33,415 nt of DNA. Origin: Candidatus Coprovivens sp. GTDB taxonomy: Bacteria; Bacillota_I; Bacilli_A; RF39; UBA660. How positions within the stretch are numbered: the first letter of the stretch is position 1; every line of letters starts with the position of its first letter. Below the pieces are notes generated by a model. The model was not told the DNA's origin. It searched no databases and was given only the letters and a program-made list of their open reading frames with translations. The position numbers and the translations under genes were made by a program. This document shows positions 27,856 through 33,415 of the stretch, piece after piece. The DNA is taken from NCBI GenBank assembly GCA_051892935.1, contig JBJFGS010000043.1:1-33415 (forward strand). Reading direction: 5' to 3'.

Positions 27856-29505
27856 ATGAATATAAAAAATTTAACTATGTCTTTTGGAGTACAAGAAATA
27901 TTTGATGATGTTAATCTACAAATTAAAGATAATGAAAAAGTTGGCATCATAGGTATGAATGGTGCTGGTAAAAGTACTTTTTTTAAACTTATTATGGGAA
28001 AGTTGGAACCTGATAGTGGACGTATTATATTAAAACCTGGTACTAGGATTGGTTTTTTACCACAAGTAATAAGCGATGAAATACCTAGTATGGAAATATC
28101 AGTATTTGATTATTTATTAGAAGGAAGACCAATTAAAAAGTTAGAAAAAGAACTAAGTGAAGCTTATATGGAAGCTAGTACTGAAAACGATGAAAAGAAA
28201 CTTAAGTTCATTATGAAAAAAATTGGTAAATTACAAGAAAAGTTAGAATACTATGATGTTTATAGTGCTGAAAATATACTATTAAGAATAGTAACTGGTA
28301 TGAACATAGATAGTGACTTGTTAGATATGCAATTATGTAATTTATCTGGTGGACAGAAAAGTAAAATTGCTTTTGCTAGATTGTTATATTCTAATCCGGA
28401 AATATTACTATTAGATGAACCAACTAACCATTTAGATTTAGATACAAAAGAATACATTATAAATTATTTAAAAAATTATAATGGTACTATATTAGTTATT
28501 TCACATGATATTGATTTTTTAGATCAAGTAACAACTCAGACTCTATATGTTGATAAAGCCACGCATAAAATGGAACTATACCCTGGGAATTATGAAAAAT
28601 ATATGAAGATTCGAAATGAAAGATTAAAGACTTTGGAAAGAATTCATGATAAACAAGAAAAAGAAGAAGAAAAACTAAAAAAAATAATTGCGAAGTATAT
28701 TGGTGGTAATGAAAAGAAAGCTAAAATAGCTAAAGATAGACAAAAGAAATTAGCAAAACTTGAAGAGAATAAAGTTGTCTTAGAGCAAAAGCAGAAAGTT
28801 GCACATTTCAAAATAAAGATAAATCATCCTTCAGGAGTTGTTCCAATAAAGTGTGATAATTTAAAGTTTGGATATAATGAAAATCATATTTTAATTAACG
28901 ATTTAACTTTTGATTTAGGTCGAGGAGAAAAGTTCTTAATTGTTGGGGAAAATGGTATTGGGAAATCTACTTTACTTAAATTAATTGTTGGTCAATTAAA
29001 ACCTCTTTCTGGAAATATTACTATAAACGAAAAAACTGAAATTGGTTATTATGCACAAGAGCATGAATTATTAGATAATGAAAAAAATATATTAGATAAT
29101 TTTGAAGGTTCTGGTTTAAGTACTAAAGAACTCAGAAGTTTCTTAGGTAATTTCCTATTTCATGGAGATGATGTTTATAAAAAAGTATCTGTGTTATCTC
29201 CTGGAGAAAGGAGTCGTGTTGCATTAGCTAAGCTAGCTTTAACAGGAGCTAATCTATTAATATTAGATGAACCTACTAATCATTTAGATCCACAAACTCA
29301 AGAAATGATTGCAAAAACATTTAAAGCATATGAAGGAACGATGTTAATAGTTTCTCATAATGTTGATTTTGTAGATAATTTAGGAGTTGAAAGAATGCTT
29401 ATGTTACCTAGTGGAGAAATAAGATATTATAGTAAAGAGACTGTTTTATATTATCAAGAACTAAATAATCAAAAGAAATATAAAAAGAATCCTAAGAATA
29501 ATTAG
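27856..29505 (+). CDS. ABC-F family ATPase (ribosome-associated)
   Basis: Two NBDs (GMNGAGKST/LSGGQ/LDEPTNHLD and GENGIGKST/LSPGE/LDEPTNHLD), linker GNYEKY, no TM segments. The ATG at 27856 follows GAGGTG and is preferred over 27823. Confidence 0.95.
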   Translation: MNIKNLTMSFGVQEIFDDVNLQIKDNEKVGIIGMNGAGKSTFFKLIMGKLEPDSGRIILKPGTRIGFLPQVISDEIPSMEISVFDYLLEGRPIKKLEKELSEAYMEASTENDEKKLKFIMKKIGKLQEKLEYYDVYSAENILLRIVTGMNIDSDLLDMQLCNLSGGQKSKIAFARLLYSNPEILLLDEPTNHLDLDTKEYIINYLKNYNGTILVISHDIDFLDQVTTQTLYVDKATHKMELYPGNYEKYMKIRNERLKTLERIHDKQEKEEEKLKKIIAKYIGGNEKKAKIAKDRQKKLAKLEENKVVLEQKQKVAHFKIKINHPSGVVPIKCDNLKFGYNENHILINDLTFDLGRGEKFLIVGENGIGKSTLLKLIVGQLKPLSGNITINEKTEIGYYAQEHELLDNEKNILDNFEGSGLSTKELRSFLGNFLFHGDDVYKKVSVLSPGERSRVALAKLALTGANLLILDEPTNHLDPQTQEMIAKTFKAYEGTMLIVSHNVDFVDNLGVERMLMLPSGEIRYYSKETVLYYQELNNQKKYKKNPKNN

Positions 29506-29588
29506 GATTTTTTATATTCTATTATAGGTATTATTCTTTAGTTAGAGTCCTTAATATGGTATAATTATGATGTATATTAAAGGAGGTA

Positions 29589-30512
29589 ATGATGGAAAAA
29601 GTTATTAAAGAAGAAAAGAAATCACCAATCTTATTTAAATTATTACAATTAATACTCATTATACTAGGAGCGGCTATTGCGGCATTTGCAGTAGAAGGAA
29701 TATTAGTACCCAATTCTATTTTAGATGGTGGAGTAACTGGTATAAGTATGATACTTAACTATGTATTAAGTTGGAAATTAAGTTTATGTATTATAGTTAT
29801 TAATATTCCGTTTTTATATATCGGATATAAAAATATGGGATGGGGTTTTTTAATAAAAGCATTACTTAGTATTTTAATGTTTTCAATATTCTTAGAATTA
29901 TTCCATCATATAAATCATGTATTAGATAATGTATTATTAGCTACAATATATGGAAGTATTATTTTAGGTATTGGTGTTGGCTTAGTAATTAAAGCTGGTG
30001 GTTGTTTAGATGGTACTGAATCTTTAGGAATAGTTATAAGCAAAAATACTAATTTATCGGTTGGTCAATTTGTATTATTTTGTAACATAATAATATTTAG
30101 TATAGCTGGTATATACTATGGTATTGATAGAGCTTTATATTCCCTACTCGCTTATTTTATTACATCAAAAGTAATTGATGAGATAAATGAAGGATTCGAA
30201 AGAAGTAAAGTAGCAATGATTATCACTAATGATGGTTCAGGAATAGCAGAAACTATTTATAAAAAAATTGGTAGAACTGTAACATCACTTGAAGGAAAAG
30301 GGTTAATTAGTGGAGATAAAACAGTGTTATATTGCGTATTAACAAGAATTGAAGTTCCACAACTTCGTAAAATTGTTGAAGATTATGATGACTCAGCATT
30401 TGTTACTATTACAGATGTATCAGAAGTAATTGGAAATCATATAAAAAATAATAAAGCTTTGAAATTTAAAAAAAATAAAAAAGAAATGAGGAATAAAAAT
30501 GAAAATATATAA
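29589..30512 (+). CDS. YitT-family membrane protein (DUF161/DUF2179)
   Basis: ILDGGVTGIS, INIPFL, GGCLDGTE, and C-terminal DDSAFVTITDVSEVIG. Confidence 0.92.
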   Translation: MMEKVIKEEKKSPILFKLLQLILIILGAAIAAFAVEGILVPNSILDGGVTGISMILNYVLSWKLSLCIIVINIPFLYIGYKNMGWGFLIKALLSILMFSIFLELFHHINHVLDNVLLATIYGSIILGIGVGLVIKAGGCLDGTESLGIVISKNTNLSVGQFVLFCNIIIFSIAGIYYGIDRALYSLLAYFITSKVIDEINEGFERSKVAMIITNDGSGIAETIYKKIGRTVTSLEGKGLISGDKTVLYCVLTRIEVPQLRKIVEDYDDSAFVTITDVSEVIGNHIKNNKALKFKKNKKEMRNKNENI

Positions 30513-30819
30513 TAAACTAGTAAGGGATAGGATTCCAGAAATAATCTTAAAAGATAATGAATTACCTACTACAAGAATACTTGATGATGAAGAGTATATA
30601 AAAGAATTAAATAAAAAGCTACAAGAAGAAGTAACGGAATATTTAGAAGAAGAAAATATTGAAGAAATGGTTGATATATTAGAAGTTATTAGAGCTATTC
30701 TAGAACATAAAGGTGTCTCTTATGAAGATATTGAAGAAAAAAGAATAAAAAAAGCTAATAAAAGAGGTGCTTTTAAAGATAAGATATATTTAGAAAAGGT
30801 TATTCAAAACGGGGATTAG
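30499..30819 (+). CDS. MazG-like / PRA-PH-like nucleoside triphosphate pyrophosphohydrolase
   Basis: YNKLVRDRIPEII, KLQEEVTEY, EEMVDILEV, KRGAF. Overlaps the end of yitT. Confidence 0.88.
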   Translation: MKIYNKLVRDRIPEIILKDNELPTTRILDDEEYIKELNKKLQEEVTEYLEEENIEEMVDILEVIRAILEHKGVSYEDIEEKRIKKANKRGAFKDKIYLEKVIQNGD

Positions 30820-30904
30820 ACACTATCTGGTGTCTTTTTATTTGTCAAATCTTTCAAATTACTATAAAATATATATAGTAGATAAATAGAATTCTGGTGA
30901 TAAT

Positions 30905-31465
30905 ATGTATACTAAAGTTGAAGAAGCAATTCATTTTATGGTAAAAGCTAATAAAGGTCAAAAAAGAAAAAATGAAAACATAGATAAATGTTTTCATCCT
31001 ATGGTAATTTATTCAATGCTTAGAGAATTTACTGATACAGAAGATGTTTTGGTTTCTGCTCTACTTCATGATATTATTGATGATACCGAATATGGTTACG
31101 AAGAAATAGAAGAAAGATTTGGAACGTTAGTAGCTGATATGGTATCAGATTTATCTGAAGATATGAGTATAGCTAAATGGTTTGATAGAAAAAAAGATTA
31201 TATAAAAAGAATGAGATCCAATTACGATGTTAATGTTATAAATATAATGCTTGCTGATAAATTACATAATCTGATTTCAAATTATGATAACTTTCTAAAA
31301 TATGGGGATAAGTTATGGAAGAATACTGGTGGTTCTAAAGATGAGAATAGATATGTTTATAGAGAAGTTTATAATATTGCTAAAAAGAAAAATGCTAATA
31401 AAAAATTATTAGATAGATATAAGGAAATAGTTACCATTTATTTTGGAGAATTAGATGATGAGTAA
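30905..31465 (+). CDS. Stand-alone HD-domain protein of the RelA/SpoT hydrolase (Mesh1/SAH-like) type
   Basis: KGQKRK..HP, SALLHDIIDDT, FG..VA..V, ADKLHNL. Confidence 0.85.
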   Translation: MYTKVEEAIHFMVKANKGQKRKNENIDKCFHPMVIYSMLREFTDTEDVLVSALLHDIIDDTEYGYEEIEERFGTLVADMVSDLSEDMSIAKWFDRKKDYIKRMRSNYDVNVINIMLADKLHNLISNYDNFLKYGDKLWKNTGGSKDENRYVYREVYNIAKKKNANKKLLDRYKEIVTIYFGELDDE

Positions 31466-32078
31466 TTATATGCGAAAACATTGGAAACCTATTATATTTT
31501 CATTAAGTATATTAATATTTGTAATTATTACAAAGCTATTGCTTAGTGAACAAATACATTATTTTGATGATTTTGTTTACAATATTATTTCTAAATTAAG
31601 ATGTGAACCTTTAACTTATTTTTTTAAGTTTATATCATTTTTGTGTAGTACATGGTTTTTAATATTAACGACAATAATAATAATGGCTTTTTCTAAAAAT
31701 AAAAAAAATGGATTCTATATAGCTCTTAATGTTTTAATATGTTGCTTATTAAATCAGTCTTTAAAATATTTATTTGCTAGAACAAGACCAATTGATATTA
31801 ATTTGATTGTTGAAAATGGTTATAGTTTTCCTTCTGGTCATTCTATGGTAAGTTTGGCATTTTATGGTTTCTTTATTTACATAATTGCTCATAAAAGAAT
31901 TAAAAAAAATAAAAAAGTTTTCTATTGTACCCTACTTTCTTTATTAACTTTACTAATTGGAATTAGTAGAATATATTTAGGTGTACATTATGCTAGTGAT
32001 GTCTTAGCGGGATTTGCATTATCTATGGCTTATTTAATTATATATATAAAGCTTTTTTATAAAAAAATGGAAAGATAA
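31455..32078 (+). CDS. PAP2-family membrane phosphatase
   Basis: K-x6-RP (KYLFARTRP), SFPSGHS, SRIYLGVHYASDV, multiple TM helices. Confidence 0.93.
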   Translation: MMSNYMRKHWKPIIFSLSILIFVIITKLLLSEQIHYFDDFVYNIISKLRCEPLTYFFKFISFLCSTWFLILTTIIIMAFSKNKKNGFYIALNVLICCLLNQSLKYLFARTRPIDINLIVENGYSFPSGHSMVSLAFYGFFIYIIAHKRIKKNKKVFYCTLLSLLTLLIGISRIYLGVHYASDVLAGFALSMAYLIIYIKLFYKKMER

Positions 32079-32208
32079 AAAATATCTTTCTTTTTGATTA
32101 TAATGTTATTTGTTATAAGACTATATTTTTATAAACTTGTAAAGTATCCTTTATTATAAATGATGAATTATATAAAATTTGATACAATATATTTAAGGTA
32201 GTGAGTAT

Positions 32209-33339
32209 ATGAAGTTTAAGGATTTTTTTAAGAAATATTGTACTTGTTTTATTGTTTTCTTTGTAATAATGTTTTCTATAATTGGTGCATATTTTATTAT
32301 TCATAAAGATGGTAATGTTGATAATGTTATTAATATAGAAGAACAAAATAATATTATTGATGTTTCTGAAGAAAAAATAACTAATACTAAAGAAGAAATC
32401 AATAACCAAGAAGTTAACGATAATACTAACAACAGTAATACTATTATTGATGATGATAAAGATATAAATGATAATAATGTAAATAAAGATACTACAAGTT
32501 CGAATAATAATTCTAATAATAGTTCTAGTAATAATAACAGTAATAATAATAGCAATAGCAATAGTAATAGTAATAATGATAGTAATAATGATATAAATAG
32601 TAATAATAATGATGACAAAGAAGAGATTGTTTTAAGTCAAGAAGAACTTAATAATCAATATAGAGAGCAATTAGAAACAAGTTATGGAATAAAGATTGCT
32701 TACGGAGATGAGATGGGTAATTATTATGTTACCTCTTATTTACCTACTAAAATGACTGATGAAGATGAAATAAATGAGTATTTAGGTCGTTTAGAAAATC
32801 AATTAAAAAAATATCCTATTGGTTTTTTTAAGGAAATGAAAGACTTTGGAACTCCTTTAACTCTATATTTGGTAAAAGAAATTCCTAATAGTGGAATTGC
32901 TGGTTTAACTGATAGTCAATTTGCAAATAACATTATTATAACTATAAAATCTGGATTACTATTTGAACATACATTGAATCATGAATTAATGCATTATATA
33001 GATGTTTATATAAGATTGAAGGCATATCCTGAAGATTTAGAACCTTTATGGAATAGTTTAAATCCTGATGGTTATAATTATGGTTCTTTTGATAAGTCTT
33101 TGGACTTTATTACTACTCAAAATAATAATTCTTACTTTTTAAGTAATTATGCACAAACGAATTGGCGTGAAGATAGAGCAACACTTTTTGAAGATATGAT
33201 GACAAGAGCTATAAAAAGAAATTGTTATAGTGAGGGTACTCCACTATATAATAAAATTAAATTAATTTCTGAACAAATAGATAAATACTTTGATTGTGTA
33301 AATAATACAACTACTGAATACTGGGAAAGATTTTTATAA
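32209..33339 (+). CDS. Membrane-anchored putative zinc metallopeptidase with an Asn/Ser-rich stalk
   Basis: N-terminal TM, low-complexity N/S/D linker, HELMH motif and downstream YA....EDRA..F. Confidence 0.75.
   Translation: MKFKDFFKKYCTCFIVFFVIMFSIIGAYFIIHKDGNVDNVINIEEQNNIIDVSEEKITNTKEEINNQEVNDNTNNSNTIIDDDKDINDNNVNKDTTSSNNNSNNSSSNNNSNNNSNSNSNSNNDSNNDINSNNNDDKEEIVLSQEELNNQYREQLETSYGIKIAYGDEMGNYYVTSYLPTKMTDEDEINEYLGRLENQLKKYPIGFFKEMKDFGTPLTLYLVKEIPNSGIAGLTDSQFANNIIITIKSGLLFEHTLNHELMHYIDVYIRLKAYPEDLEPLWNSLNPDGYNYGSFDKSLDFITTQNNNSYFLSNYAQTNWREDRATLFEDMMTRAIKRNCYSEGTPLYNKIKLISEQIDKYFDCVNNTTTEYWERFL
32500..32612 (+). repeat. Low-complexity AAT/AGT coding repeat (Asn/Ser stalk)
   Basis: Runs of AATAATAGT/AGCAAT encoding NNNSNNSSSNNNSNNNSNSNSNSNN. 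Confidence 0.8.
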
Positions 33340-33366
33340 AAAAAAGATTCTATAAGAATCTTTTTT
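33340..33366 (+). terminator. Intrinsic terminator of the metallopeptidase gene
   Basis: AAAAAAGATTCT-ATA-AGAATCTTTTTT. Confidence 0.7.
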
Positions 33367-33390
33367 CAGAGTGTCGACAAAGTCGGCACT
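33367..33390. repeat. Element end with internal hairpin; first 21 bp are an inverted copy of 1..21
   Basis: CAGAGTGTCGACAAAGTCGGCACT contains AGTGTCGAC-AAA-GTCGGCACT, a 9-bp stem with one G-T pair. Confidence 0.9.
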
Positions 33391-33415
33391 TTATTTTTTT
33401 TAATTTATATTGTAT

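Noticed and set aside
27856-29505. Antibiotic-resistance ABC-F (Msr/Vga/Lsa/OptrA type)
   Set aside because: Nothing visible distinguishes it from housekeeping ABC-F proteins, and there is no mobile context or leader attenuator. Subfamily HMMs would be needed.
22900-32618. Short ORFs 22900..23163, 24355..24579, 25663..25896, 25856..26041, 28260..28457, 29531..29713, 32113..32409, 32301..32618
   Set aside because: Antisense shadows. The poly-Leu ORF 32301..32618 is simply the reverse of the Asn-rich stalk.
1-33415. CRISPR array or type III TA RNA repeats
   Set aside because: No regularly spaced direct repeats were seen in any intergenic region. The only tandem repeats found are coding (26199..26261 and 32500..32612).

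Overview
A very AT-rich chromosomal segment (about a quarter GC by eye; standard genetic code, Trp = TGG) from a low-GC Bacillota organism, probably a reduced-genome Bacilli lineage (inference from composition, AddAB and the AGGAGG/GGTGA ribosome-binding sites). Recognisable genes include addA/addB, a divergent RNase R, folD, tRNA-His(GTG), an ABC-F ATPase, LysR, PHP, calcineurin-like and PAP2 phosphoesterases, a GGDEF cyclase, a radical SAM enzyme, an ADP-ribosylglycohydrolase, a MazG-like protein and a Mesh1-like HD protein. The main unexplained signal is a family of four related hypothetical proteins (35..1735, 1739..2881, 3222..4751, 11834..13471) with a shared layout: HEPN-like block, middle region, coiled coil, second HEPN-like block. 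Only the 566-aa member keeps the catalytic R-x4-H motif, and it has it twice (RNKIAH at R103-H108, RNAIAH at R497-H502). It therefore looks like a single-chain tandem-HEPN RNase with no CRISPR array in the window, accompanied by three catalytically eroded paralogs; one of these lies 14 bp downstream of addA. Other points of note are an identical 21-bp element at both window ends, in inverted orientation and each abutting a terminator; an unannotated 28-aa toxin-like membrane peptide; a Cys-His-Asp transglutaminase-like protein; and an ADP-ribosylglycohydrolase with a HExxH-bearing extension. All family assignments come from reading motifs by eye; no searches were run.
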